Assembly: GCF_008831285.2 (NCBI RefSeq)
Contig: NC_045138.2
Coordinates: 34,162,001-34,226,000, forward strand
Source of the DNA: Nymphaea colorata
Lineage: Eukaryota
Direction of reading: 5' to 3'
DNA length: 64,000 nt
Below, piece by piece: positions 43,641 through 62,367 of this stretch. Numbering within the stretch: the stretch's first letter is position 1; every line of letters starts with the position of its first letter. Below the pieces are notes generated by a model. It did not search any database and was not told where the DNA came from. It saw only the letters and a list, made by a program, of their open reading frames with translations. The translations under genes were made by a program, and so were the position numbers.

Positions 43641-46600
43641 TTAGTTCACGGAGGTTTTTGGTCCTGGTGGGTCGCCCCATACACTGAAGGTGGCATTGCC
43701 AGGAGTAGACTGAGCTGACCCAGCCGCACCCACCTCAGACTCGCCGATTGAGATGTCTGTTTCGGCAGTGCCTTTCATGGCAAACCAGAAGGCGGGAGGG
43801 AGGGGGAGAGGGAGGACCGTCGATGCGTAACTGAGCATGAGAACGACCGCCGACATTGTTGGCCTCGCCTCTGCATCTTCTTGAACGCATAACAAGCCCA
43901 CATGGATGCATCTCAGCGCCTCGCTTCCCTGCAGTGAACCCAATAATGCCTCATCCACCATCTCCAGTGCTCTGTTTTCATTCCAAAGACTCCACGCCTG
44001 CTTGTTGCCCATAATAAGGGAAAAAAACAGAGTCATATCTTCAGAATGAAAAGATACTTAGTCTAAATTGAATACTGTTCTATGGCGTCTCTTGTTTTGG
44101 AATCAGAATTAGATGCCAAGAGTGCCCGGATTTCCATGTTGGCAGGACACAATCTTCTATCCAGGCAGGGAGACGGTGCAGAAGTGTGAAGCAAGCAGGC
44201 ACCCAAGGTGCCCAAATTATAAGGAGGCGAAGAATCTCCAAGACGGGAAACTCTGGCAAGAAAAGATATTGCTTACATAGGCTGAAAGATCTTGACAACG
44301 ATCAGATTGGTAGAAAGAATTGTTACTGCGCCCGCTTACGATCTCCAGCAGCAACACGCCGAAACTGAAAGCATCTGATCTAGTAGAGAATCGTCCCTGC
44401 ATTGCATACTCGGGCGACATATATCCACTGCATGTACCAGTGAGGATGCCACCCGATCATTCTCTAATAAGTTAAATAACTGACTTGATCTTGCCTTGCG
44501 TGCATCCGACAACTACTGACCTAAACCAAAATATCTTAGTTGAGATTAATAAAAATCAAAATAGCTTACTATGTTCCTGCAATTCGGCTCGTGTTTCCCC
44601 TGGTTTGATCCACTCCAACAATCTTTGCTGTCCCAAAGTCTGAAATCTTTGGATTCAATTCCTTATCCAACAGGATGTTGCTTGCCTTGAGATCCCTGTG
44701 AATGACCTTGGGCATTGAGTCTTCATGGAGATAGACAAGTCCCCTCGCAATTCCCAGTATGATCTTAAATCGTGTTCCCCAATCCAGTTGCTTGCCTACC
44801 GTTCTCTTCCCTTTCAATGACGAAAAAAATGGAGCAAACAGTTATGATTCTGCACTGTCATGGCTGAAAGCAACTAATTCCCATCTCATTATCTTCTTCC
44901 ATTGACATGGGGAAATGCTCATAATATTGATAAGTTCCTTCTTGTGCCACGCTGAACCATGGCATGACCGGTGCCTGTTTGAAATATTTCTCACTTGAAG
45001 GTAAAAACGCCCTTTTTCATGTGTTCCTAAAGCATGATTTCGTCAAAATATAGCTATCATAAAGGGAATGGTGCTACGAGAAAGGAACTCCCTCTCTCTC
45101 CCCCTCTCTCTCTCTCTTGAAATCATAGTCATAAAAAACGTGTTTTGTTTGAAAAAAAAAAAACGTGAACTGTTTAAAATTTAAAAAAATGTTCTTTAAC
45201 GTTAAAAATTAAAAAAAACCTGAAACAACATGAGAAACTTATTGTTCCATGTATTGTTTTCTTTTTTTTTATGTTATTCATTTCTGTCATGTTCTTTTAA
45301 TGCCAAACCTTTTTTTTCATTTTTTATTTTTTATTTGTTGGAATTCTACTTAGTTTTTGATGTATGTGTCATTGGTTTCTCATTTATTTTATTTTTTTTT
45401 AATAAAATTTACTGTATTTTTCTCGTTTTTTTTTTCAAGCTCATCCTATTATACTTGAGAAAACCTCTCCGCTTGAAACTGAGAAAGTTTTTTGTGACTA
45501 TGTTTGCCAAATCGATGAAAGGAAATGTTGTAACCTCCCTGCCATCGACTCTGCTGATCATTGGCTGGAAATCGTGGCTTCCAATGATCATGTCGTCGAC
45601 ACATTAACCTACCACTTAGCTAGGGTCACTATTATTTGCCAATGAGCAAAGTGGAGAAGTCACTTACCGAATAAAACAGTATCAAGGCTTCTGTTATGGA
45701 CGTATTCATAGATGAGCATCTTTTCTCCTCCTTCTAAACAACAACCCCGAAGCCTAACCAAATTCCTGTGCTGAAGTTTTGCAATCAATTGCACCTCGTT
45801 CTTGAATTCCGAGGCTCCTTGTGCGGAACTCTTGGACAGCCTTTTTACGGCAATTTCTTCGCCATTGGGCAGCATTCCCTGTAATGGTTCATAACTCGCT
45901 CATTTTCTTCCCTCCTCCTAGTTGAGAAGAAACAGTAACTTTGATCAATGTTTCGGAAAGTCACCTTGTAGACAGGACCGAATCCGCCTTCTCCGAGCTT
46001 ATTTTCTTCTGCAAAATCTTGTGTAGCAGCTTTCAGAGAAGCCAGGTCAAAAATCAAGGGCTCCCCACTTCCCTTTTCTTCCTCACCTGCACATAATTTT
46101 AACTATGTTTGAATGTCCACACTTAGATCGGAGCTCAATTAATTAGCCGATAGATACTAAAGTAAGTTTGGTTTCTGCAGAAGCTCGTGGACTTAAATTG
46201 CGGAAAGTTTTCAAGGAAATGAGGTTAAACCGAGGTAAGTTTATCTATTACTTTGGTGGAAGTGTTCTGGAAAAGCAGCTAACAGACCTAAGTTCTGAAG
46301 ATTACGTTAACTGTTACTGAGTTGAAAAAATCATCAGACCAATGCGTGCTAACATCTAGAAAATGTAATTTGGAACTTTGTCTCAGAGAACAGGATCACG
46401 TGTCTTATCTGGGGAGTGAGGCCCCTCATAGGACTGCGTTATTTTTTTTTTATATTCCCACGATACGGAAACGATAAAAAGCAGCATCATTTTCTTTTCT
46501 TTCTTTTTTTGTCGTCTTTGCTATGGACATATAAAATGTTTCTCTCTGCTTCTTTCCGACCTTATCACCACAATGTGGCTCGTAATAGACGTTCACTCAT

Positions 46601-48293
46601 TTCTCATTTCTCATTTCTCTTTGTGATTGGTAAAGGAAAAAAAAAAAAAAAAAGTTCGGTTTGGTTGGGACAACACCCTCAAAATTGGTCTTCTAGTGAA
46701 ATCACTAATCTTATTAAATAAATAGTTTCGAAACCTGGTTTGTGCGTTCGAATGACAAGACATAAAAATGGATTTTCATTTTTCGAAACATAATTTTATT
46801 TGGATAATAAACATGAGTTGATATATAGTAAATACAGATATTACTAAAAACTCTAGTTTTATGTGAAAAAACTGTTAGATGTTTTTGGGGCCTTTTGAAA
46901 AACAAAAACATAGACGGGGTTGGCACGGCAAGGGTGCCAACGACAAAGCCCTCCATTGATTAGAGTTAAGGCCGAGGTGACTCGCCCGAATAAATTGGAT
47001 CAGAGTAGTCCCCTCGCCTACGACGTGAACGGTAGTAGCATGCTGATAAAAGTAGGGTCAGAAAGGCTTTCATGGCTGACCAACCTTGACCTTAGCAACT
47101 AAAATGGCTGATAAACAGTTGTTTTCTTACCTTGGAAATTGCCCGCTTTTGTCCATCCATCCCTGTGCCTCCTCCGATAAAGTATGTACAAGACACAGTG
47201 CGCGCACAGAGTTGCCACCAAGAAAGACACCCCAATCCCAACCAGCAGCTTTGCCCATCGCCTCCCATGAGATGTTTCATTATCTAAAATATTCAAAGCA
47301 CCCATCGCAGAACAGAAAAAAAGTAAGAAACATGCTTTCTTCAAGATATTGGGATCTTTAATCAACCTATCCACCCAAATGGAATCCCCAAAAAAACAAA
47401 TAAAAGAAAAAGTGAGATTAGACATGTAAATTTTGTTCATATGGTTTAAGGATTGAACATGTTTTCCAGCACACACATGAAAGGTTCGGTGACTCACCGG
47501 TAGATGGTGGTGCTGCCGGTGAAGAAACAGACGCCGCACTAGTGCTTAGAGGATACGTCTCACGTCTCACAATACAGCTTCCTGTTAAAAACCGAGCGCC
47601 CAAACTGTGACTGCAACATTTAGAGAGAGAAGCCACTCCGTTCATCAGGCAATAATTGCAGTCTTGGAGTGACAGGTCTCTCGTGCATTGTACTAATCCG
47701 TAGACGGTCGTGGAGGAACTGGAGTTTGTATAGGTGATGCTGCCCGTGTTATACATGAGACTCGACCCGTTCGATCTAGTGGCCGATTGTGTGAGGTTGC
47801 GCAGCAGTGAAACAACCTGTTGATCGAACGCTTTTGGGGTACGGAGAGGGTCAGTGTTCATTAGAGTCATCTCGTTCTGTGAATCAACGAGACCAAAGAA
47901 AGATTCGTTGGAGTAGCGCAGGAGGCAGTGGACCGTCCACAGGACAGCTGATTTCTTGTTGGCGCAGATCTGGAGAGTTAGTCTCCCGGCAACGGCTATG
48001 CAGTTCCGGCAATCATCGGGAGTGGCGTCTCCCCGGCAGAGGGCAAGGCCCATGAGTTGGTCCGGGAAGCTCCCCTTGTATTCCCTGCTGAAGCCATTGT
48101 TGAAGAAGGCGGTTGCTGCCAAGGAGGAGATCAGACTCTCCAGGTTGGCTTGGTAGGTGCTGTTAGTTGCGTACGTCGCGTTGCCTGGGCAGCTGTAGTA
48201 TGGATCCTGGCCCCTGCTATGCCGAAGAATCAGCAGGAGGAGGAGGAGTACGATGGAACGTCGGATGGCCTTGCCAGTCCCTCCCATCTTCAT
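43641..48293 (-). CDS. Cysteine-rich receptor-like kinase (CRK-G); ~676 aa, 7 exons
   Basis: Exons 47498-48293 (alternative start 48287), 47131-47283, 45965-46086, 45668-45878, 44570-44810, 44277-44427, 43641-43997. 2xDUF26, [30 protein letters not shown]. Confidence 0.91.
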
Positions 48294-49249
48294 GAACTGG
48301 TGAAATGCAGTGAACTCAAGGAGGTACAAGAAGGAGAGATACGTCTTTGGAAAAGCAGAGCAGAACCTACCATCTTCCAAAACATTATTCGTGCACAGTT
48401 GAAATGTTGGACAAATGTTCGACTGGCGGCTTAGTTTGGAAGATGTAGGCGTCAATAATTAATAATTGTAGGGGCAGGGATAACTTGCATTTCTTTATTC
48501 CGGACTATACAATTACATTATTTTTGCCAATGTAGATATTTCTTTCCATGCGATACAAGATGAGTCCCCACAGCCTCTACATCTCGAATGGGAACAAATG
48601 GGATGACGGTTTTTCATTTTTTAAATAGGTAAAATCACAATTTAAATCAAACCATACATCGTAATTTTTACCAGGTCTTCTAATTTCATAACAAGTTAAA
48701 AAGATTTATCATATAATTAAGAAGATTCAAATGACACACGAGCCACCCGGTTGATGTATTACATTTGATTTACTGGCACCGGTTAGAGTTTATGTTCGTC
48801 TTCAATTACATTTATCTCTTCCAATATTTTCTTATTGGAGCTTTCCTCATTTTATTTATTGAGAACCATGTTGTGAATAAGTTTTAGGCTATGTTTGATA
48901 GCCTTGCCTCATCTGAGGTCTGACCTCCACAAGAGTTCCGTAAATTAACAAAAGATGTTGAGATTAACAGTGGATTTCAAATCCAAAAAATGGACGAATT
49001 TATTGAAGATGGGGCCGGAGCCCGTCGTGGAAGGCTCCACCGGAATGCGTCAAGAAAGACGGCTCTGCAAGTGGGGAAAAAATGGAAACCGGTGGCGGAT
49101 CCGAGGCTTGGCATCCTTGTAGTCAGTCATTCATAATATTTTTTTTTTCTTATTAAAATGAATGTTGGTGAGACGAAGACTTCAACTTGTTCACATGGGC
49201 GCTGTGGCTTTTACGGATCAAGGATTATGGGCGGATTTGTGTAGGAAAA

Positions 49250-50700
49250 ATTACTTTGGGTGACAGACATTTGGTGCTGGTCAATTCTCCCATTTGGAAA
49301 GACATCTTAAAAGATTGAGCCTTGGATGAGCATTTGTAAGGGTGTTCCCTAGGTCCTGTTCAAAGGATGATGTTAACTTAGGTTCTTGGAGAGGCGACCA
49401 TCGTAAAGGCGATCTGGTGGGGCGTCTAAAGAGGCTCTGACTGTCAAGAAGGCTCTTGCCGGTTTCAGAGAGGATTGGACAAGGTGGGATGACAGGTCCT
49501 GACACTATTGGCGGTTGGCACAAACTAAAGATTTTCTTTGCTGGAATTCTCATGGCTTGCTCTTTCATTGAGAAAACAGATCTGGCAACAGCTCACAGTT
49601 ATGGGTACGGTTACCGTGTGGAGGAAGTTTATATGGTGCTCTAAATCTCTTCCCAGGGGTTATCCAGATGCTCTCTGTGCAAAATGGAGATGTAAGATGA
49701 GGGTCCCCTTTTTTTGGGAGCATTTCAAAACATGTTTTATGTGTTGAGACTCCCTGACATGGATTTTCGTTCAATATTGAAGTGGTGGGCTCGAGACATT
49801 TCTCTTGTAATAATGAATTTCAGTTTTGCTGATCTTCGTTTTCAATGTCGAAGTGTGGAATATTTGGACGTTTCGGAATCAGACAGTTCATGAAGGATTG
49901 ATTAGATTGGAGCATGAAGCTAGGAGGGAGGTCTGATAGCCATGCATGGAAGTCATTTTGGTGCATTGTTGGTCTGATTCTACTAAAACATCCATCCAGC
50001 TTTGGGTGAAGACTCATATTTTCAGTTCCTCTTGGAAGTGGAAAGAATTTGATGGATGGCTGTTACAAGTCGCGGTGTCCACCTGTGGTGTTAATAGGAG
50101 TTACTTCTGCAATTTTCTGGTATCGATGTCTGATCGAACTGAAAGAGTTTTCTTCGTCCTTAGACGTGCAGGAGTTGTTGGATAATCAGCAATTTCTGGA
50201 GCTTTTTAACAAGGAAGCTGCAAGTTCTCGGGAATTACAGATTAGATCTAATTGCATGTGATGGAGAAGATAGCTTAAGGGGCTCAATGACAGTTGATGT
50301 GTTGAGCGGTGGTTGCAGGTGTTCTGAACAGGACGGCGGTTGTTCATTTATGAACCGTTACTAGGAGGTTATTGAAATGCTCCCTAACGTGGGGCTATCT
50401 ATGGCTTGGTGATTTTGTTTCCTGTTCCAACTTTTACTTTTTCCCTCTATTCTTTCTGTAATCCTTTTGAAGATCAATAAAAGGGAGCTAGCCTCTAACC
50501 ATGTTCCATTGAGAGAAAACCATTTTCGAGCAGCTCTTATTAGTATCTGTGCATATGACCGTTCGATCATCTGTATAGATGATTTCCCATCCTCTACCCT
50601 TGTAGGAGTCACCAGCCAGAATTTTCCTTGCAAGATGTAAAGGAAAAACGAATGAATATGATTGTTTTCAAAGTTGAATATGATGGTTTTCAAAGTGCAA
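49250..50700 (+). mobile_element. Degenerate L1-like LINE ORF2 3' remnant (zf-RVT region)
   Basis: Broken-frame motifs VWRKFIWCSKSLPR and CSLCKMEM*DEGPLFWE (CxxC...HLFxxC-like), plus Trp-rich downstream sequence; many stops. Boundaries approximate. Confidence 0.6.
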
Positions 50701-52422
50701 CTTTGGTAAACCGCGGTTGAGCGGTGGCGAACTTGTACTACGTATTATTCTTTTGTACATTTTATTTATAACTGTTAAAGTGTGGCTAAAACCGAACTTA
50801 TAATATGTATTATGCTTTTGTGTATTTTATTTATAACAGTTAAGTGTGATTAGTTTTAACTTTTAAGTAATGAAAGGAGCAGGTGCTAACCCTAATGCCC
50901 TTCTTTTCTTCTCCCTCTTCTCGTGCAGACTACTTCTCTCTTCTCTCCTCTTCCTTTTTGGTGATCTGACATAAATCTGACATAAATCTAAAAGAGTGGT
51001 CTCAGTTTCCTTTGAAGATTTGATGGAGAGAAACCAACTCCTGTTTATGGACGCATGACATCGCTATTCCCAATCATATTACCGCTGCCATTCAGGATGT
51101 GATGGAAATATGACAGACAGGTATCAGATGAATTTTTCTCATCGTTAAAAAAAATAACAATCCAGTTTTATCAAATCAAATGAGAAGCACGGTGGTTGCA
51201 CACGGAAGCCAGCTGCCGTCGGTGCTGCCGGATTCAGGTTGGTTCGCCCTTATTTGGCAGTTGCCCACCACCTCTCAATGCCGATACGGTTGGAAGTTCA
51301 GGGACTTGCTTGCGTGAAAATCTCATTTGGGAAAATTTTCACCTTTTGGGCGAGTCGCCTGAATAATTTTCACATGTATGAAAGTCATGGAAAAATCCCA
51401 TGGCATTTGTCATTGTGAACTCAATCTATACATAAAAATGAGCCCGCACTGCCAAGGTTACTAATCAAATATATTGAAAGTCATCATTTCCTTTTATCCA
51501 AATGCATCAGAAACATTTACCAGGAATTTCTGAGACCACCTCTCGAGTACTAGCATAAGACACGCTATCTACATCTCCATTTCCGTCCTTCAAGCTTCAC
51601 ATTTCCTCGTATGGATCATCCTCGAGGCATGCCATTCCTAAGATAATGATGGCACGGAGACAGGGTAATAAGTCTCAATCACCAATTCTGAAATTGGAAA
51701 CACCGAGCAAGGAAGGAGTTGTCAGTAATCTGCAAGAAGTTAACGGTGATAGAAATGGCAGAAAGCCTAGTATAAAAAGAACACTTTGAGAGGAGAATAT
51801 ACATGGATTGCCAACGACAATATACATGGGGCCACAGCCACAGAATACAAAGTACAGGTCAAGCTACTTTGGACAAGATGATAAGATATTACTAATCAAT
51901 TGAATTGTCCTGAAGAGCTATACAACTTTAAAAACTTCAAGTTGCCCATGATTGCAGTATTCGTTGCCTCAAAATTTAAATCAAAATAATAAAAACATAC
52001 AAGGATCAAATGAGATTAGCGTTGGACAAGACTTGGGCAACATTGAAGTTGCCAACTGCAAGGTTCCAGCTATCACCAATGCAGATCCGAACAGACTTTG
52101 AGAAAGTCGTAACCTGCAACGTTGTTGAAACTTGAAACAATCATGGGTGCTAAACTGAAACATTTGCATAAATCTCAAAAAATGGAAGTGCACCAGATCG
52201 TACACTCATAAGTGCATGTCTTAAACCTGCTCTCAAGAAGCAGGAGCCCAAAAAATATTTCACACATTACATGCAATAAAAATATCTTCCTTCATGCAAA
52301 CACCAAAAGATCGAGTTGCAGGTTTACATAGCACATGTACATGCATGCAAACTACCACATATTAAGGATGAAGCTAGTTCACATACAATGTGTGCATTCG
52401 TGTGTCCATCATTTGATGATGA

Positions 52423-52424
<2 letters not shown>

Positions 52425-52463
<39 letters not shown>
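52425..52463. repeat. (CT)n microsatellite
   Basis: Direct reading. Confidence 0.9.
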
Positions 52464-52466
<3 letters not shown>

Positions 52467-52943
52467 TTTGAGTAATATTGATGTTAGGGCATACCCATCT
52501 ACATAGCTCAGATTCGTGATCAGCCATTTTTGCAACAGAGATGCTACTAACTAAATCTTTTCAAAGAGAAACTCCTATGCACATAAATAAGTGCCGCGGC
52601 AACAATACAGAATCATACGACACAGTGCTGAAAGGGCACAACTTTCCACCTTGGCAACATTTTTGTATATATGATAGAATGAGTTTAAAGAGGAGCAACA
52701 TGTTGAGGTACAACTGCAATGAAGAAATAAATCACAAGTCAGCATCACAAAGAAAAAACATCGTCAGCTTGATAGTAACCCTAATCTATGTTTGTACTAG
52801 ATGATTCAAAGTAACAATCTGTATATGATTACCTATTTACCTTAAATAGTTAATTTTGTGGACCTGTGTAGCTCTAGCATCACCATTTGTTGCTTAGCAA
52901 CCTTTTGTCACAAAAATCTCGCTCCGACAGAAGCAGTCTGCAG

Positions 52944-55900
52944 TCATGATTCCAAAAAGACAACTTCCTCATCCTCACACTTCCTAATCTTAATATTCAT
53001 TACTTCATTAGTGAGGGAAATAATGTCACAGCACTGTCTTCGAGGTGCCTGCAACTGGAAAGGAGGGAAAAGAAGAAAATGAGGAATGCCAAAATAGAAA
53101 ATAATGGATTACTAACAAAACTGCCTAAATCTGATGGTCTTGCAGGATAATCCACATCACAGGAAAGATCAACTACAAAAGGTTGAGTAAAATAAATAGC
53201 AGTTACCTGCTTAGTGTCTAAATCCAGTTCTGTGGACAGCACACGGACATATTTCAAATCCCAGGGTGAAAATTTATTTGAATAGCAACCCACTCCTGAG
53301 CTTCTGCTGTAATTGCTCTCAATGCCAGTCTCACCAGCAAGTACACTCTCAAAAAAGAAAATGGCAGGTCTGTTACATGGATTTCTTGGTAACTCCCTTG
53401 TATTGAACATATAAGGAACAGATGAAGCATTTTTTTGTCCTCTGCGCCATGGCATGAATGTCCGCAACAAGGGAAGAAGGTCTGGAACTAGTTGAATACT
53501 ATTATAGATCTGAACACTGTAACCCCATGAAATAGAAACAGTCCAGGCCTTTGAATTTTCATAGCAAATAGTTTGTTGAAGAATCCTCCCTGAGTCAGCT
53601 TTAACAGCTTCAAACAAATGCTCTAATGCATGCAATCTACTTAATTTGGGGAAGACAGGGGCCAAAATATCAAGATGATGAAGTGTTACTAAAGGGGCCA
53701 AAGGATGTGCAGCCAGCATTCCAAATGCATCTCCTCGAAAGTCAACCTGGCAAAATGTATTTATTGTAACAGGTAAACACACACACACACACACACACAC
53801 AGAGAGAGAAAGAAAGAGAGAGAAAATGGGTGAAAGCACTTAATGACCCAGATATATACTCAATGCATTTTCCCCAACCACTTGAGCGCATTGTCAAATG
53901 ATTAATTACTCAATTGGACTCTCACCGTAGTAATGACTCGATTGGACTCTCACTGTAGTAATTGTAACCAATGTGCAATCGGGGAGCAAATTTTTCCTAT
54001 TTCTTTTCATGTTTGAGGATGGAAACCATGAAATGGCACCTGAACAATCTCTAAATGGAAGCAACTGTATGATATACTGCAATTAAGATGTATACATGAG
54101 CTATGGTCATAATTAATTCAACAAATCAACAGATGAAGTCATCGATTTAAGATAGGCATTCATAAGCCACAGGATGCTAACTGGGGCATCCACATGCCAG
54201 AATCATACAGGATTATTTCAATAAACGAACCAAGATGCTAAATTTGCTTCTCCTTTTTACGATTAATTTGGGCCATATGACTCATTTTAATAACTCTCAT
54301 TTTTTAAACACGCAACATTTAGAAATTTTCTGTGTGTCCTTCTGTAACTGATCACAGATATAGTTTATAAGACAGAAGTAGAAATTCTTATGGTTATGTA
54401 GAGCAGCAGTTCTTCAGTTCTTCTAAACAGACAACATAAGAGATATGACCTGCAAATATGTTTCCCAGTACTTCACTAGGTCAGAATGAAGTGCACACAT
54501 CAAAAGATATATTTGCAAATATCTTCCTTTCTCTGGCTTAACATAAACAAATTTTTTGCAGAATCAAACATAGAACTGTACCTACATTTCTCCACTAACT
54601 CAGAGTTCCTACAGGTTGCTCCATTTGATGTTCACCAAAACCAAATAATAACTAGTTCTGTAAAAAAATCAAATCATTACACGTAGCTAATTGAAACAAA
54701 GACTTGAGGGCTTCTCTGTCTTTTCCAGGTATTCACAGGAGACGGCATTTGTTTCGCAGAAAGTGCCCACAATAGCAACAGAGGCATTCCTAGACAGCTC
54801 CAGCAAATCAAAGACTGGACATCAGAAAGAGAACGCTGTGGTTGGCGAATAAACTATCCATCAGAAACTACTTGTGACTCTCTTTGCCCCAACAGACTAC
54901 ACTCGCTCTCCCCCTTTCCCCATCTCTTCATCCTCTTCCTTTTAGGATAGTTTCTTCTGTTTCCACATATACAAATAAAAGTCCATTGATGGAATCAAGA
55001 AACAGGGCACCCATCCTTCTAATGCCCTCTCAGTTCTCAGGCAGCCCAGTATCAGAAAAAGATGTCCCTAAAACTGTCATAGAGACAAACGAGAAAGCAC
55101 TGATCAAATGCTTTCCAAGCGCAGGTGCTAAATTTTATTTATTTTTCTTGATCTACACTTGATCCAGTCGATGCTTTGTTAAGAATTAATCTATATTTTG
55201 TTTGGTCGCCGTAATATCCTTTTCATGTGAGTATTTTGGAAGTGTGCTCATATTAATGCTTTATTATTCACCATCTTTCAATACTTGAATGCCTCATTTT
55301 CCTTATGGCAGTTTTTCAATTTATTCCATGAATCCTGTGCTTTTCTTTTGCTTTGTCATAGCTTTAGAAGCAATCTTCTGATTTGTCTTGGTTCTTGAAC
55401 AGCCTTATGTAAGGGGTTCAAAGTCTAGAGCCCTAGCAAATTAGCAATACATACACATGTTTTTGTTGACAAAGATTTCTTTTTTAGACAGGTTCAATTC
55501 CATTCACATATGTGAATACCACTTACAGATAATAGACGTATACAGTCCTCAGTGTATCACATTTTTTCTAAAGACACCTTACCTACCGAAAACGTAAAGA
55601 ATGATCTGCAAAAGCCCACTCAGCCAGAAACAGCTTCCAATCATAGTTTACTAGGGGCCAAGACAAATAATACTCGCAGTACTAACATACAGCAAAAGTA
55701 AATCCAATACGGCGATACCAATTAGTTTGAAGAGTATTCTCAAATATGGAAGAGCCAGGAATACTGCATTAAAGGGTACATGTAGCATTAACTGAACAGC
55801 TGCTGTTTTAATGAGATCGCCATCAAGAACAGCACAATATTAATGATCTTCACACTAGCATTAACTGAAATTGAAGTTGACATAAATCGTCTCCTAACCA

Positions 55901-56971
55901 AGAGAAAACAGAATCCTCAAAAATGAATAAAAGTTTAAACGAATGCTTGTACTTGCCAAGCAGCATCGCTATTACCATCATCGTCATGCAAATCAACAAA
56001 AGTACCTCACCAAAATATTATTCGCCAAACACTAGCAGGGGAAAAAAAAATCTACAGAAGGTCATCGAGAAGAAGAGAAAATTTTCGGAAAAATCAATAA
56101 GGAAAAGAAAACGGGCAAGAGCAGAAACTTGACCAACCTGATGGAATCCCCGTTCGTGGGTAAGCCCAACGCCGAGCTCCGCCAGGCATGCGAACACCCT
56201 GGCATCGCTGCCGTAGAGATGGGCGTACCGCACCAGGCAAGAGTCGAACACCCGCGCCAGCGCCGCTGCAAGTCGGTGACTGATGGCGAATCCGCCGCCG
56301 CCGAACCCCATGTCGAACGAGTTCACCCTGTTCTGGTCGACGTTCTCCGAAGACTCCCCAACGTAGAACCACATCTCATGATCGTACTTCCGCAGCACCC
56401 TCACCAGGTTGTCCACGAAAAACACTGTGTCGTCGTCTCCGAAGACGAACCACCGGACGTCCGGCAGGCCGAGGCGGACAGTCTCGGCGACGATCCTGGC
56501 TACTCGGATAGCAGACCGGAGGCCCTTCCGGTAGGTGTAGGGAAAGCGCGAAGTGTCCTCGGAGACGCGAACGGTAGGGAGGGAAGCGTCCGTTTGAGGG
56601 AAGGAGGAGTTAAGGGGGCGGTCAAGCCAGACGAAGCCCCTGGTCTCGCCAGGGCGCCACCATGCGCGGACGTAGTCCCGACGGCGAGGCCAGCTGCTAG
56701 CCGAGGAGGCGATGCCGAAGACGAGGTGGCGCGTCTCTGTAGGCGGTGATTCGGGAAGAATCGGGCGGTGGGCGAGGTGGAGGGAGGAGAGGCAGCGAGG
56801 GGAAAGGCCGCAGGGATGGGTGGAGAGGACGACGATGGCGAGGTAGGCAATCCAGAAGGAGCACGAGAGGAACGCGAGTCGCTTCACAAGACGGAGCGTG
56901 AGGCCTCCGGCGGTGAAAGGGTGGGGAGTCGTCATTGCTCGAGCAAAACGGCCTGCTGAAGAGGAGAACAT
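52944..56971 (-). CDS. DUF604 / fringe-like glycosyltransferase (type II membrane); ~494 aa, 3 exons
   Basis: Exons 56138-56971, 53207-53746, 52944-53054 (alternative acceptor 53048). N-terminal TM; motifs HLVFGIASS, WFVFGDDDTVFF, MGFGGGGFAIS, YGSDARVFACLAELGV, FHQVD, HPLAPLVTLHHLD, APRRQCCD. Start Met uncertain (MFSS vs MTTP). Confidence 0.9.
53908..53962. repeat. 28-bp tandem duplication in intron 1 of the DUF604 gene
   Basis: ACTCAATTGGACTCTCACCGTAGTAAT / ACTCGATTGGACTCTCACTGTAGTAAT. Confidence 0.8.
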
Positions 56972-58806
56972 ACCACACACGGTTCAAACGAGAAAGGCGA
57001 CAGGACAGAGAGAGGGAGAGAGAGACACACACACAGAGAGAGAGCACCCCCATGAAAGAGGCGGAGTAAATGGTACCGTTCAAAAGAAAGGGAAGAGACA
57101 ACAGTAGTACGCCATGTGGGAACAGAACACCCCGCAGATCACTCCGTCTGTCTGTGCTTCGGAGTTGGACCTTCCTCGTCGCGTTGCCCCTCTCTTCCTT
57201 GCACATTCGGTCAAGGTCTCGTTTTGCTTATTAAAGAAGCGTTTTGCGTCACGGAGACCGGAGAACGCGGGCGCCCGCTCTTTTTAATGGAGAGAGAATC
57301 ATTTTCAATATTCTGTGAAAGTGGGCCTCGCCTTCTTTTCCTTTCTCCAACTCCATGACTATGATGATCGCCATTCATGATGATGCCGCCATCAACTCCG
57401 CTCGTTCTTAACACGGCCTTCAGTTCAGTCGTCCATTTTACTTTCATCGTCTTGGAAAATTTTACAGGGACACGCTCAAGTGCTCAACTTTTGAGAACAC
57501 ACGCTTTAAGCTGCTAAACGTAGGAAAATTTAAGACCTAGGTGCTCTTGTGCACGCATATGACTAATGGAGTTGCGAGAAGCCCTACTTCCTTGGTATTT
57601 CATTTCAGATCTCACCCTGTTATCCTGAAGCGCGACGTTCCAAGGGATCACTTTGTTTGAAATAATGAAGGAACAAAGACCTTCCAACGCAAGTTAGAAC
57701 CGTTCCTTCAAGTGCACGCAACCAGAAACAAAAAGTTACTACACATGTTAATTTGTTTAATTAAAGCTATATGGTATTTACGGTTATTTTCAAACAGTCT
57801 TGGCATCGGCACTTATTAACTTAAAGGGAAGGGCTACAGCGTCTGATAATGGCTTTACTGAAACGGTATATATTAAGATTTTATGAACTTCTTCAGTCAC
57901 TGCATTTGTGACTCTACCGTCTCAAGTACGTGTATTATATTCAAATTTTAAAAGCAAGTGTTTTTCTCTAAAGTACGTTAAAATGGAGGTTTGGATCATT
58001 ATGATTTGTTGCCTCTTAATTTGTTATTCTTTAGCTTAGATGATAGATAGAAGCAATGCTATCAAAATTGAGATGGTAAGTGAATTGGAACAGAAATTAG
58101 TAGAGAGAAAATCACAAAGCAAACAAAGTGAAAAAGAAAAAAAGAAAATATAAAGTAAAGTTCCACCAATGACTAGAACAAGACAAAAGGGTGGTCTGCA
58201 TTGATTTACCTCGAGTGGTTGACGCTAATTTTAACTGCAAAAGTTAGATGACTCGAAAGAGTTGGTATAGCGGGACGGATGGCAGTCAAGTTTTGAGTTT
58301 CTGAAGTGCCACTTATTACTAATTAAGTGTATTTTCTAGAATCAAAGAACATTTATAAGATTTTCTTTCGAGTGGGTTTTTTTTTTTCTCCTGGCCTTTG
58401 AAATATACGCTTTCATTAGCGATCGAACACAAGATGAGGCCTAGTAAAAATAGTCAGTGAGCCCCATTCTTTTATGTTCATTTCTTCACATTAATACAAG
58501 AATCATTGATCTTATGCGTGTGTTTGTGTGAAAAGAACCATTGACTTTAGACAAGCAAAAAAAAAAATAAAAATTAAACATTGACCAATACACAATGTTA
58601 TATCGTTACATTGAATTGCTATAATGGCCATAACGTTCCTCAAACAACAGAAGTACCCCTTCGCAATCAAAGTGCCCTAAACTTTGTGAACTACGGACAG
58701 TGCTTTTGGTGGGGGCACTTAAGCACCTCTTGTTGTCTCTAGAAAGAGAAAGAATATAACAGGAGCGGATGGCCAGAAATTAAATATAATCCAGAGGAGG
58801 CACTAG

Positions 58807-62367
<3,561 letters not shown>

